Positions 12,764-24,421 of a stretch of DNA of 64,000 nt are shown piece by piece. Numbering within the stretch: the stretch's first letter is position 1; each line of letters starts with the position of its first letter. A model generated the notes under the pieces. The model saw nothing but the letters and a program-made list of their open reading frames with translations, did no database searches and was not told where the DNA came from. Source of the stretch: Moniliella sp. 'wahieum' (taxonomy: Eukaryota); assembly GCA_003971905.1 (NCBI GenBank), contig RSEE01000058.1, positions 62,001-126,000 of the forward strand, read 5' to 3'. The position numbers were made by a program, and so were the translations under genes.

Positions 12764-15700
12764 TCAGACCTCACCTCCCCGGCTTCGGAGGAGGCGGGCA
12801 AGGGCAATGCGACGGGAGCGGGAAACAGGCTTGTCGTGGTACATCGCATGGAAACGAACCACCGGGTCGGCGTCGTGGGACATGTCCGCGGCTGGCACCC
12901 ACTCCCGCTCGTGGACCGGGTAGCCTCGGAAATGGACAAAGTACTCGAGACGTCCACCGCGACCCTTACGGCGGGAGTCAAGAACCTCTTGGACCTCGTG
13001 ATGAACCGCCCCATCGTCGGCATACTCGGGAAGGGGGGAGGGGGCTCGACCAAGCGGTTAGAGACCTCGTCGCCTGGGCTATAGGCGCGCAACCGGGAGA
13101 CGTGGAACACATCGTGAATGTGAAGCCAATCAGACAAGCGAACCTGGTACGCAGCACGTCCGACAGCACGGACAATGGGAAAGGGACCAAGGTAGCGATA
13201 ATCCAACCCGTCGGAGGGACGTTGGGTGGATAAGTAGCCATCGCGCCGAACCAAAACCGGTTGATCAACTTCAAAGGTGTCGGCCTCGGTGCGATGCTGA
13301 TCAGCGTAGTGCCGATACCGCTCCTGGGCAGCGGCCAGCGTCTTCCGAGCTACGGCCTGGGCCGAGCGGAGGCCCTCGAGGTACGATGCAGCGTCCGGCA
13401 CGGCCGACGACGCAGCCGCCAACTCACCGCGGGGCGAGTAGCCATACGTAAGGAAAAAGGGGGACGCGCCTGTGCTGGAGTGGGGAGAAGAGTTGTAAGC
13501 AAACTCGGCCGTGGGAAGAAGATCAATCCAGTTTGACTGCTTCTCATCAGGTAGCAACGAAGGTACTGCTCGAGCACCTGGTTCACTCTCTCCGTCTCCC
13601 GTCCGATTGGGGTGTGATACGCCGTGCTGAGGCTCGAGTGGATGCCCAAGTCACTGCACAGGGCCCTCCAAAAGTGGCTCGTAAAGGTAGGACCACGGTC
13701 GCTGACCAAGTCGCGCGGCAACCCATGGTAGCGGAAAACGTGGTGAACAAACTGGTGGGCAAGCCGCGGCGCCGTGTCCGTTGTGTGGGCAGGAATGAAA
13801 TGCGCCATCTTAGTGAACCTGTCCACCACGACCAAGATGGCATCGAACCCCTTCGAGGGTGGAAGCTGGGTGATGTGATCCATCGTTAAATGAGTCCACG
13901 GGCCTTGAGGTGGGGCCAAGGGTTGAAGCAAGCCAGCGGGAGGACGCCGCGGCACTTTGGTCCGCTGACAACGGTCGCAAGAGCGCACATATGCCCACAC
14001 GTCGGCCGACAGGCGGGGCCACCAATACTGCGACCGCACACGCAACCGAGTCTTGTCCCGCCCTTCGTGTCCTGCCAGCGCGGAGTCGTGGCCTGGAAAA
14101 GGACAGCCGCGCGGAGAGGGGCATCGGGGGGGACATAGATCTGCTCACCATGCCACAGGAGGCCATCGCGAACGGTAAGAGCATGAGGGGGGGGTCGCGG
14201 GGAGATCGCAACGGCCCAACGGGGGTCGCGGGGCACCAAGTCGCGGATGCGCTGCTGGATCTCGTCGGCCGACAAGCGCGCCACCAACGGCGCGTCGGGC
14301 TGAGTGGACATGAGCTCGAGCACAGCAGCCGAACGCTCAGAGACAGGCTCCAGCAGGGTCTGGGGGCAGCCTCGGCAGGGCGAGAGCCGATGGAAAGATC
14401 GGGGCGACGGGACAAGCCATCAGCGGCAGCATTCTTCGTCCCGGAGCGATACACCATGAGTAACCGGTAGGGCGACAAGGTCTGACGCCACCGGCCCTGC
14501 CGGCGGTTCAGGAGGCGCGGCCGGCGGAAGGTAGCGATCGCCTCGTGGTCCGTAAGCACCTGGACCGTATCGACGCTCTCAACATAGTGGCGCCACACTT
14601 CGACGGCCGCCACAATGGCAAGCACCTCCTTCTCAGACGTGGTATAGTTGAGTTCGGCTGCGACAAGCTTGCGGGAATGGAAGGCGACAGGCCGCCAACG
14701 ACCATGTTCGTCCTGCTGGGCCAGCACGGCACCCAAGGCGGCATCCGATGCGTCAGTCTCAATGCGGAGTGGCCGACTGGGGTCAAAATGGCAAATGACA
14801 TGGGGAGAAGCGAAGGCCCTCTTGAGGTCGTCGAAGGCGCTTTGGCAGGCAGGCGTCCAATCAAACCGCTGTGTCTTGCGGGTGAGGTCGGAAAGGGGTG
14901 CCGAAATGCGGGCATAGGAGCGAATGAAGTGGCGATAGTAATTGGCAAACCCAAGGAACACCTGAACTTGGCGACTGGTCTTGGGCGTCGGCCATGCTTG
15001 GATCGCTTCCACCTTAGCAGGATCCATTCCGATCCCCGTGGGCGAAACGACATAGCCCAAATACTCAGTCTGGGATGTGTGGAACTGGCACTTGTCCGGA
15101 TTAAGGGAAACCTTGCGCGCTGCAGACGCCGCAACACCTCGGCAACATGCTCCTCGTGTGCCTTCTCGTCCGACGAGAATACCAAGATATCGTCCAAATA
15201 TGCCAGCACCGAGACGTCGAGGAGGTCCCGGAGGAGATCATTCATTATGGCTTGGAAAGTGGCGGGCGCGTTACAGAGACCGAACGGCATGACGAGCGAC
15301 TCAAAGTGACCATACCGGGTACGAAAAGCCGTCTTGTACTCATCGCCCTCCTTGACCCTCAAAAGGTTGTACGCCCCACGGAGGTCAAGCTTGGTAAAAA
15401 CGCGAGCCCCGGACAAGCGATCGAGCGAGTCACTAATCAAGGGGAGGGCCATACGATTCTTGATGGTAATGGAGTTGAGAGCACGATAGTCTACACACAG
15501 TCGGAGCGAGCCATCCTTCTTCTTAACAAAGAGAACACCCGCCCCAAACGGCGATTTAGACGGGCGAATGAACCCAGAGGCCAAATTTTCGTCAATCCAA
15601 CGGCCCAGGGCATCCATCTCGCCCGTAGAGAGGGGATAGAGACGAGTGAAGGTGGGAGTAGCGCCGGGCACGAGGTCGATCGAATGGTCGGCCGCACGAT

Positions 15701-16700
15701 GGGTGGGAAGCGTCTTGGCGCCAGACTTGGAGAAGGCATCAAGATAGGCATGGTAGCGGGTAGGCACCGTTTTCCGGACGTGGTCGACATACTCCGGGGT
15801 GTCAAACTCGTCAGGGAACACTGGCTCTGGACCCTCTGCAACGGAAACAGACGAAATGACCAAAGCTGGGTCACTGGGACGGGCAACGCATACCTCGGTG
15901 TGGGGATCGGCGGCCACCTCTCCTTCAAACTGTTCCAAGGAAAGGAGGTCAATCGGCACGCTAGGGGGAAGGGAGGACTGGGAAGGGGTGGTACCGGAGG
16001 GTGAGGAGCGAAGACGCGTACCTTGGGGAGGGGGGGACTGGTTTGAAGGTGGAGGCACAGACTGGTACGGAAGCTGAGAGGGGGACTGCGGCGGATGTGG
16101 GGGGGGGAACTGGTTGGGGAGATGCTGGTGCTGGTGCTGGTGCTGGTGCTGGTGCTGGTGCTGGTGCTGGTGCTGGTGCTGGTGCTGGTGCTGGTGCTGG
16201 TGCTGGTGCTGGTGCTGGCGGGGGCTGGTGCTGGTGCTGGTGCTGGTGCTGGGGTTGGGGTTGGCAATGCTCGCGGCACTGCGGTTTGTCGAAATGCAAA
16301 GTGTGCGAGGGGTAGTCGGTGGAAGGGTTGTGGGCCTCGAGAAAGGGGAGGCCAAGAATCAAGGGATGGTGGAGGGAGGTGAGGAAAAATTCCTCGGTCG
16401 ACACATGCGAGCCGACCGCGACGGATGCCTCCACCGCCCGGGTCACCAGACCCGAAGAGATGGGCGTCCGTCAACTACGCGGACTGACAAGGGCGACTCC
16501 AGCGGATGGGCAAGCAGGCCGTGTCGGTGAGCGAAGACACGATCCATAAAGACGCTGTTGGCACCAGAGTCAATCAGGGCAAGAACCGGGATCGGAGCTG
16601 GGGACGGGGACGAGGACGAAGAACCAGGGCGCAAGTGAACAAGTACCGTGAAAGAACCAGGCGAAGGCCGACTGGGCCCGACGGCCGCCTCAGACAGCAC
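12764..16700 (-). CDS. Gypsy pol polyprotein (protease, RT, RNase H, integrase, chromodomain), frameshifted in this assembly
   Basis: PR: ALIDSGA and [54 protein letters not shown]...[29 protein letters not shown]. Chromodomain: [36 protein letters not shown]. Confidence 0.93.
16123..16252. repeat. Hexamer microsatellite (TGCTGG)16+4 in the PR-RT linker
   Basis: 16 perfect units at 16123-16218 and 4 more at 16229-16252. It reads (QH)n in the RT frame. Confidence 0.95.
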
Positions 16701-17892
16701 CAGCCGTGGAGGAGTCGGACTGTTGAGGCGGGGGCGAGCTGGCAAGCGGGCAGCGGGCGATGCGGTGGTCACGGGAGCCGCAACAGTAGCAGGATCCTTC
16801 CGCCCTGCGCTCCCGATATCGTGCTGCTCTCTCTGTGGCCTGCGCCTCGGCTGCGCTAAGGTCCATGGGCTCGGGTTCGGCCGGCGAGGGCCGAAAAAAC
16901 TGGCTCCCGCTCGGAGCCTGAGAAGCCCTACTAACGCCGCGCATACCCAACGTCTGGGACTCGTCGATATCGATGGCCGCAGTGCGCAGCTGCTCAAACG
17001 ACAGCCGATTGACGTGTGTAGACTCACCACGAGCAGCAAGACCGTCTCGCACCTTGGGTTTCAGCCCATACAGAAAGTCCCAATAGTACTGCTCATGAGG
17101 GGCATTGGGGCTCCAGCATCGCAGCAGACGCACAAATTGAGCGGCATAGTCGGCAGCCGACCCGGTCTGAGTGAGCGCCCGATACTCCACATACGCTGAC
17201 TGCTGCGGGTTACGTTCACCCCATTCGGTCAAAAACGCAGTCCGAAAGGCAGGCCACGACTGGAGGTCAGGGGAGGTGCGCTGAGCCAACGGCAGTTCGG
17301 GCTCCGACCCGTACTGCCGGAGCCACCGAAGCGCCTCGCCTTGCATCAATCCCATGAACCGGTCAATCTTCTCCGCATCGTCGACGTGGCGACCGAGGGC
17401 GACGCGGGCGTAGATCTCAAAGGAAGTAACGACCTCTTCAGCCGAGATGCGGTCACTCTTGCTGGGGTGAGCACTGGAGGACGGACGGAAATGGACAGGC
17501 TCGAACATCTTGAGGTCGCGAGACGCGGGTGCCGGCTGGGACGGGGCGCTCTCGGAGGCGGAAAGGGCGGGGCCTTGCACGTTGGCGGAACCACCGCTAG
17601 CAGCAGCGCGCGCTTGCTCTGCCGTCTGTGAGAGCTGCAGCATCTCAACAGCCGCTGCAGCCTCCGCCCGTTTCTCCTCCAGCATGGCCTCCCCGGAACT
17701 GAGTGTGGGCGCGATCGACTCGAATCTTCTCGGCCTCGTGGGCATTGTCGTCGCGAATCTTCTCGGCCTCGTAGGCCCGTTCCTCGCGGAGCTTCTCCGC
17801 TGCAGCCGACGAGCCGCGCGAGCATCATTCAACTCGTCCAGCGCGATTGCAGAAGCGGGGGGTCCAGCCATGGAAGATGGGTCTTGGGCCAT
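16690..17892 (-). CDS. Gypsy gag
   Basis: Retrotransposon-gag-like ALRW...WPAFRTAFLTEW...LTQTGSAADYAAQF...FLYGLKPKVR, then EPMDLS and a CCHC knuckle (CYCCGSRDHRIARC). The start ATG is assumed (MAQDP). Confidence 0.88.
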   Translation of the reverse strand: MAQDPSSMAGPPASAIALDELNDARAARRLQRRSSARNGPTRPRRFATTMPTRPRRFESIAPTLSSGEAMLEEKRAEAAAAVEMLQLSQTAEQARAAASGGSANVQGPALSASESAPSQPAPASRDLKMFEPVHFRPSSSAHPSKSDRISAEEVVTSFEIYARVALGRHVDDAEKIDRFMGLMQGEALRWLRQYGSEPELPLAQRTSPDLQSWPAFRTAFLTEWGERNPQQSAYVEYRALTQTGSAADYAAQFVRLLRCWSPNAPHEQYYWDFLYGLKPKVRDGLAARGESTHVNRLSFEQLRTAAIDIDESQTLGMRGVSRASQAPSGSQFFRPSPAEPEPMDLSAAEAQATERAARYRERRAEGSCYCCGSRDHRIARCPLASSPPPQQSDSSTAGAV

Positions 17893-18089
17893 CGGAGCGG
17901 CGGGGGTGTACCATTCTGCCTCCTCGCCACCGCCAGCACCGCCGCCATCGCCGCCATCATCCGAGGCATCCAATGCGTAACGGCCACTGCGGCGCACGGG
18001 GGGGTTACTGGTAGGGTTGCTGAGATTCTGCTGGTCGGGGTCGCGGACATCTTGGTCGGGCTCGTCTGATTGGGGTTGACGAACGATAA

Positions 18090-18267
18090 TGTAACAGTCG
18101 GGGCTAAACGAGGGAGACCAAGGTCCTGTCAGAGGCGGGGGGAAAGGCAAGATCGTTCGTGGGAGGAAACAGAAGGCATCAAGAGAACAGAAGCAAAAGG
18201 GAAGGGAAGAGCGAGAGACACAGGATGCGGAATTGGAAATTGGAGCGAGCTTAGTCATTCGGTGACA
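18090..18267 (-). repeat. 5' LTR of the gypsy element (178 bp)
   Basis: Direct repeat of 12575-12753, followed on the minus strand by the PBS ATCGTTCGT (18087-18079). Confidence 0.97.
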
Positions 18268-19424
18268 CCAACATCTTGAAGTCTCGGGACGCGGTATGCC
18301 CCGGTATATGCCCTGGTGTGCCCTCTGCAAACCTTCAGCACATCAGCAAATGTCTTTGATCGAAGCTCTTATATTTTTGCGACACGTATAGAAGGCCACA
18401 ATAAGTACAGGTAAATAGGTATCACGTGCATCACAGACGTCACATGCGTCACTCGGCACACGGAAGCACCACGCGGCACCCTGGGGGCTATGCGACCCAC
18501 AGGCCATGTCAGCGCATCCGCGCCATCTGTGCATCAGTAGGCCTGAGCCTTAGGGCCATAGGCCATAGGCCCTCAGGCCTCAGGCCTCGGGAGCCGACGC
18601 AGAAGGCATACACAATCCAAGACAGGAGACATGAGACTGGGGATTGTGGATTGGTCCGGAAGGGAAGAGGCAATGTGGCATTGGGCCTTTTTGTTATTTA
18701 CTGGATCGATTGGTAAAGGCTCCCTTTGATGGTAGCAGCGGCAGCGCGGAGAGCAATTCGCAGAAGAACGGTGATGATCGATGATCGGTGATCTCTGACG
18801 ATAGCGGGGGAACCGGGAACGTCCGGACTGGTCCGGACGCACAGACGGTGGACCCACAACCCACCGGAGCCCACAGGTCGTACCAGTTCCTTGCTGAGTA
18901 CTTTGAGTGTACCGAGGTACTGATGGTACTAGTACTCGTCATAAACCGTGACGCATGCACGATGGAGTTAGGTTGAGCAATCTCTCCATCCTGTAGTGCA
19001 TGATGGATGACGATGACGTGTATACTGATGCGCATCCTCCCTCTTATCCACCCGGATACTCCGCGGCACCCTCGGCTAGATATCTTCCATTCACCTTCTC
19101 CTTCAGCATATACCAGCCTATAAGTGCCTTTGACAAACCATCATGAGCCTCACCTTGAGGATAATTGCCCTTGTAGTATCATCATTTAGTCTACTCACAA
19201 ACCTTGAAGATGGAGGACAGGGATATCGTTGCGGTGTTTTGAGCCAGAACGTGTGGGTCGTGCGTTTGTGGCCATGGTCCCTTCAGCTAGTCCCTCCCCA
19301 GGCCTGAGGGGCCGGTCTATATACTAACTGATGTTCTCTCGCCTCTGTTGTGTTCCTCGTTCTGCAGTCCACAGTCCCGTGGTGACTTGCAGCTTGATGC
19401 TCCTCTGTAGAGGTTATCGCGGTT

Positions 19425-19545
19425 ATCGTTCGTGAGGGAAAAGCAAGAGCAGAGGACATGGTACGAAGTGGAAAAGAAAGAGGTGGAGCGAGACGCTCGA
19501 GACGAAGAAATTGGAAATGGGAGCGATATCAGCCAAACTATGGCA
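19425..19545 (-). mobile_element. Truncated LTR of a sister gypsy family (U3 part)
   Basis: Closely matches the solo LTR over about 43422-43542 (shared GAGGACATGGT, GCGAGACGCTCGAGACGAAGAAATT, TCAGCCAAACTATG). Confidence 0.85.
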
Positions 19546-20575
19546 ACTAGCTTGTGATGCTTGAACGTATATCACACGAGTAGTGTCTTATGTTATAGTC
19601 ATCGGGTAGAGACAGAAGGGAGCGTCCAAGAGGCGGTTGAGAGCTGTATACGCAACGGAGGTGAAGGTGGGCTCCGATGAGTGGGGAGGGCAAGGGACCT
19701 GATCCAAAGGGTGGTTCATCTAGTAGGGATGTGTACCTAGAAGAAGTGGAGAGAGGGGAGAGAAATGGGGGGTGGCTTGGCCGTGACGTTGTGGGATTAA
19801 AGAACGGGCCGATTTTGTAAAAAAAGGGGGGGGGGGCGAAGGAGACATAGAGATGTCGAGAATACAGAGGGGAAACGAAGAAAGTCGGAACCTGGCGTAT
19901 AATAGTGTTGGCTTTTAGGCGGAGAGCAAGACGGAGACGAAGAGAAGAGATTTTTGTAGGTTCTTGGATTTTGTGATAGTACCGGGAGAGAAGCCCGAGT
20001 CGAGAGAGGGGAAAAGGGAAAGAAACGAAGAAAAAAAGCGAGTAGTGACGGGAAGAGAAGCCGAAAAGCGGGATCGACGATAATCGTTAATCGATAATGG
20101 GAAGAGAAGGATGTGTAATGCGTATCAAAGTCGGCCCGTGAAAGAGATGGAGAGGGATTAGGTGAGCGGATTTTATACCCTGCCCACCTGGGTCTCTACG
20201 ATGATGTCCACACAGTACCACCATGGTGGGGTGACACAGAAGGTAGGCTGTTGTTGGTAAGGACATGCTATATGATTGCTCAACAGGATAGTGGTGGAGG
20301 TTAATAAGAGTACCAACGGCGGGTTTTGTATATGGCTAATTGAGTGCTACTGGCATACATACTCCTGATATTATGGGGGATGGAAACATTCAGCCAGTGT
20401 GGGACCATACACTCTTAACCACACTTCCGGATATATATAGCCCCGTCCCCCGTCCACAACACTTTTCTTGTATCGATCACGTTCCGATCTTGGCAAAAGA
20501 TATAGAGCCGAGTGCATGTTGTACTGTATGAGCACAACACCACACAGGATCATGTGGACATGTTCCATACTTGCA

Positions 20576-20629
20576 TCCATATCATTGACAGAGCTTAAGG
20601 CTGGGACAGGGAAACGCTACGCCTGAACC
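20576..20629 (-). repeat. Dispersed repeat; inverted copy of 41951-42005
   Basis: Its reverse complement matches 41951-42005 with about 6 substitutions and 1 indel in 55 bp. Core: CCCTGTCCCAGCCTTAAGCTCT. Confidence 0.8.
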
Positions 20630-21463
20630 GACCCGTTCATCTTGTGTGTGCCGCTCGGTAGCGCCAACCCCGCTTAAGGAACCAGGGGAATCGCCAGGAG
20701 AGCAGGACCAGTTGGTGCCCCCGCCATCCGTTCACATACTATATTCACTATTTTGTGGCCCCCAAAAGTAACAGAGCCCTCGATACACAGTATACACACA
20801 TTCAGTCGACAGCGGAAGAAGCCCCTCATCAGGTATTACGGTGGGAAAAGAGGAATATGAAGCACAAACCAAGATCGGAGTGGTACTGATACGTGATGGG
20901 CAGTTGGTTCTCAATGTGTATATCTCGCTTGTTCCACCAAGGTTCAGAGGCTTCAAGGGGCGTCATCTGGACATTGGGCTTCACGCTACAGCCTGATGCC
21001 TCGGTTCCATGCGTCAGCCTGAGGGAAAGTTCCAGTACGCAGACTATGTCTGTGCGAGAAGACACCCAGATGCCAATTCAGAACGCAAAGGCACCCGTCT
21101 TTCGGTGATTATACGCACCCTTCTCTCTCGGTGTGGTACTGTGGCTAGATCTTAGCCCTCATTAACCTGATTGGGCTAACAGGGTCATAAAACGATTGCA
21201 CCGATTGCCGGCGGCATTAATCACCGATCCGATGCGGGATAGTTGATAGGGTTCGTTCAGCTTCGGATAGAGCACTGACCCCGTGCTGGATCCACCGCAG
21301 CAGGGATAAAACACACTGCTCTCTTGCGAGGCCTTTCGGATTGCGCCTGAGGGCGACACCCCCTGCGCCAGGCCTGCCGCATTGCCAGCGTCGAGCACCG
21401 AGCAGTCGGGACCGCCGCACACGACAGCCTGCTGTCCACCACCTTGAGCTGTCCACAGAGCAG

Positions 21464-21533
21464 GTAAGTCATGCTGCCGGAGTGTTTCCTTGTGGCCGAT
21501 GCCGAGCGCAGAATGCTGATGAGGCGGGGACAG
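21464..21533 (+). other. 5'-UTR intron of RPL37
   Basis: GTAAGT donor, GCTGAT branch-like site, and a CAG acceptor 2 nt before the ATG. Confidence 0.75.
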
Positions 21534-21535
21534 AA

Positions 21536-21802
21536 ATGACCCGGGGCACGACTTCGTTTGGTCTGCGCCACATCAAGGCGCACACGCTCTGCCGCCGGTG
21601 CGGCAAGCGCTCCTTCCACAAACAGCACAAGGAGTGCGCCTCGTGCGGTTACCCCTCGGCTAAGACGCGCTCGTACCAATGGGGCCAAAAGGCTATCCGG
21701 CGCCGTACTACTGGCACTGGCCGCATGCGCCACCTCAAGACGGTGGCGCGCAAGGCAAAGAACGGCTTCCGCTCGGGTGCCCCCAAGGCTGCCTCGGCCT
21801 AA
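21536..21802 (+). CDS. RPL37: 60S ribosomal protein L37 (eL37)
   Basis: [68 protein letters not shown], including the C4 zinc-binding motif. Confidence 0.97.
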   Translation: MTRGTTSFGLRHIKAHTLCRRCGKRSFHKQHKECASCGYPSAKTRSYQWGQKAIRRRTTGTGRMRHLKTVARKAKNGFRSGAPKAASA

Positions 21803-23486
21803 GCTTGTCTGTGTCTACCTATATACTTCGTAGGCTGCACGCGGCGCGTACATGCTGTACCTCTCCAAAATATGGCAATTTTGAGCCTCAAGTCCAACCC
21901 GAACAGATCTATGGCTTGATGGGTTTGCATTGCTATATGAATGTCACTTGGACGAGATGCCGAAGAAAAGGATTGATCCCCGTGTTGCCAGGGTATCCAG
22001 CTACGACAAGTGCCATTTCGCATACGGGATGGACAACCACTGCAGTTTAAGCACATGCTGTCTCCTTGTCCCTGGCCTACTTTCATCAATCATCCAGCAT
22101 TGCGTAGGCTTCGCTAGTTTGGTTGTGCACAATAGGTGGTGGCATCTTCGGGACGAGTGGGATCATTTTGTGCTCACCTGCAACAGCGAGCAAACCTCGT
22201 AACCATGATGCATGCTGTATGATGTGGTAACTGAGATATCCCAGCCTCCGGTTCGGCCCTTCTCGGATAGAACTGTACTCCACGCGCCACGAGCCTCTGT
22301 TTTACGGCCTGACCGTGCAGGGTGAAGGTGCCAGGCTTTGGTTGGCATATCAGCTAAGAGAGACGATTATAAGGTTTTTTGTCGGGACGGCTTCCTTCGT
22401 GCAATTCCGTAAAATAAAGAGATCATGCAGATCATGACAGAATGTGCCGGACAAGAACATCATGCTCCTGCTGGAGAAAGGGGCATGAGTTGCGAAAGTG
22501 TGGTCGCCATTTTGGAGGGGACGCTAAGGCAAATTTGGTACTAATCGGTGTTGTTCTCTGTGACCAAATAGGTGAAAAGGAAAGCATTCCTATTAGGACG
22601 AGTAAGGTATGTATCGCGTTGGACTATTGGACACAGGACGCATTCGGCCTTACCACACATCAGAGAGTTGAGGGGGGTTTTATTGACGAAGAGAGGAGAA
22701 AACAATGAGAAGGGATCATTTTGGGTAGCGAGAGATGATGGTATGGTAAACAAACAAGGTCTGTTGACGAGACCGTTTATTGTTTTCCTACTTTTAAGGC
22801 GCAAAAGCTAGCTACACCCGCCCCCCGTCGCCTCTATGGTCTCCCATGCTATACAAAGAAAAACGTCAGTCGCTACCAACATCAACTCTTCAACGAGCGA
22901 AGAAGGAGGTGGCGAAGCTTCGCCTCAATGCAGTGCCACTCCACAGCAGAAAGCGCCCACGAAGGGCAATGCCATTTAACTTGAGCACATGACCCTCCAT
23001 TTGGTTCTCGTGCCTTGTCCAAGACTCACTCTGACCGCTGTCTTTTCCTCTCGAAGCACGTACCCACGACCTCGGTCACTTCTTCTCTCTGTTCGATCCC
23101 AGTCTCACTTCGTAGCTTGAGGGTGACGCAGGGTGTTATTCAGTTGATTCAAAGTCGCAGTCGCGGAGGAGTGACGCACGCTTCCGTGCCAAGTTTGGTA
23201 ATGCTGTGTAGGAACGCCGTCAGCAGATGCCCCGGGGCCCGCCTGCCTTTCCAAACGTCACGTCTCGCCTATATATTCTACGCAGAAAATTGGAGAAAAA
23301 AAGAGAGCGAAAGGGTGTATCCTGTCGGACCCCGTCTCCCAACTAGACATCCTCCAATCTTGATCCCATCCCATCTCAAGCAACCCAGAGCTGGGTGGAG
23401 ATGCCTCCATAGATCCACCATGGATCATGATCTCGCAGTAAAAAGATCGAACATTGATAGTATACTTCTTGGGAATGCACCTATGG

Positions 23487-24362
23487 CTATATATTGGGTG
23501 ATTTTGGCGCTTGGGTCGTCTCTATCATTGATTCGATAGCGAGCAGAGGGGAGAGGTCCGCTCGCGTAAAGAGTACCAGTACTGCGGGTGGAAGGGACTT
23601 GATCGCTGTCTCATCGCTCAGCCGTTGGATCGCCAGTGCCGTCAAAGTCGCACGCAAAACTGTCTCAGGTGGTCAGATCCGTAACTTGGGAGGGGAGGGA
23701 AGCGCGGACATACTCTACAGTATCAGCCAAGGGAGACCCAGGAGCTGGAGCAGTGGTGGCGTTGGCTCCCCGAGCGGCCGCAGTGGCGTCGATGCAGAAG
23801 ATGAGTGCATCCGCTTGAGAGAGGGAATCGAATGCGCGTCGGCGCAGACGTGGATGACCAGGGGTATCAATCAATCTCACTGCTGCCATGGAGCGTGGGG
23901 CTTTTTCAAGTAGTGCATTGGGGGCTCCCAGCACTGTCCGCCAGGTTGTATCGACCTGGGAAGTGTGGGTATTGGACACAACCCGTATACCAACGAGGAA
24001 ACAGCGCAGTCTTCCCCGTGTCAGGGGTCCGAGGAGAAGCGCAGTACGCGGGCCAGGCTTGCGGGTTGGTTCGGCCGGGGCTGGGGGTGTGCGAGAGGGA
24101 TGAAGCTCACGGCCAGCACAAAGAGCAAGGCGAGGAGGCCAACGGCGAGCACATCGACAATCGTGGAAGCAGGAGTGGTGGGCAGGAAAGTGTTTTGGAT
24201 AGTAGCGTAGGCGATCGATTGCGGGAGATAGGCATTGGTGGTAGGAAGAAGGACAAGGGCTACAGGAGAAGGCTACTAGTCGTTGGCTTACACGGCTAAT
24301 ACGCTAGCAGTCCTCGGGGCTAATGAGGCCCGAAGTGCATCGCCGTCGGAGAAGCCAGTCAT
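23487..24362 (-). CDS. Signal recognition particle receptor beta subunit (SRbeta/Srp102-like GTPase), frameshifted; both ends uncertain
   Basis: N-terminal TM segment VLAVGLLALLFVLAV, P-loop LLLGP-DTGKTALF, THTSQ, LIDTPGHPRLR, LIFCIDA, and G4-like VLVLFTRADL. Confidence 0.78.
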
Positions 24363-24421
24363 CGACGCAACACAAGCCAAAAGGTCAAACGAGCCAGTTA
24401 TTAGTCCCTCTAGCCGAGGTG

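Larger units (their letters stand above)
12575..18267 (-). mobile_element. Full-length Ty3/gypsy LTR retrotransposon (chromovirus, Tf1-like self-priming type)
   Basis: TG...CA LTRs at 18090-18267 (5') and 12575-12753 (3'). The 5-bp TSD CCAAC is at 12570-12574 and 18268-18272. A PPT (GGGGAGGTGAGGTCTGAAAGGGGGCAA) precedes the 3' LTR. Domain order is gag-PR-RT-RH-IN-chromodomain. Confidence 0.97.

Noticed and set aside
16690..17040. Programmed +1 gag-pol frameshift in the gypsy element
   Set aside because: The frames do differ, but I found no clear slippery site and the assembly's indel rate can explain it.
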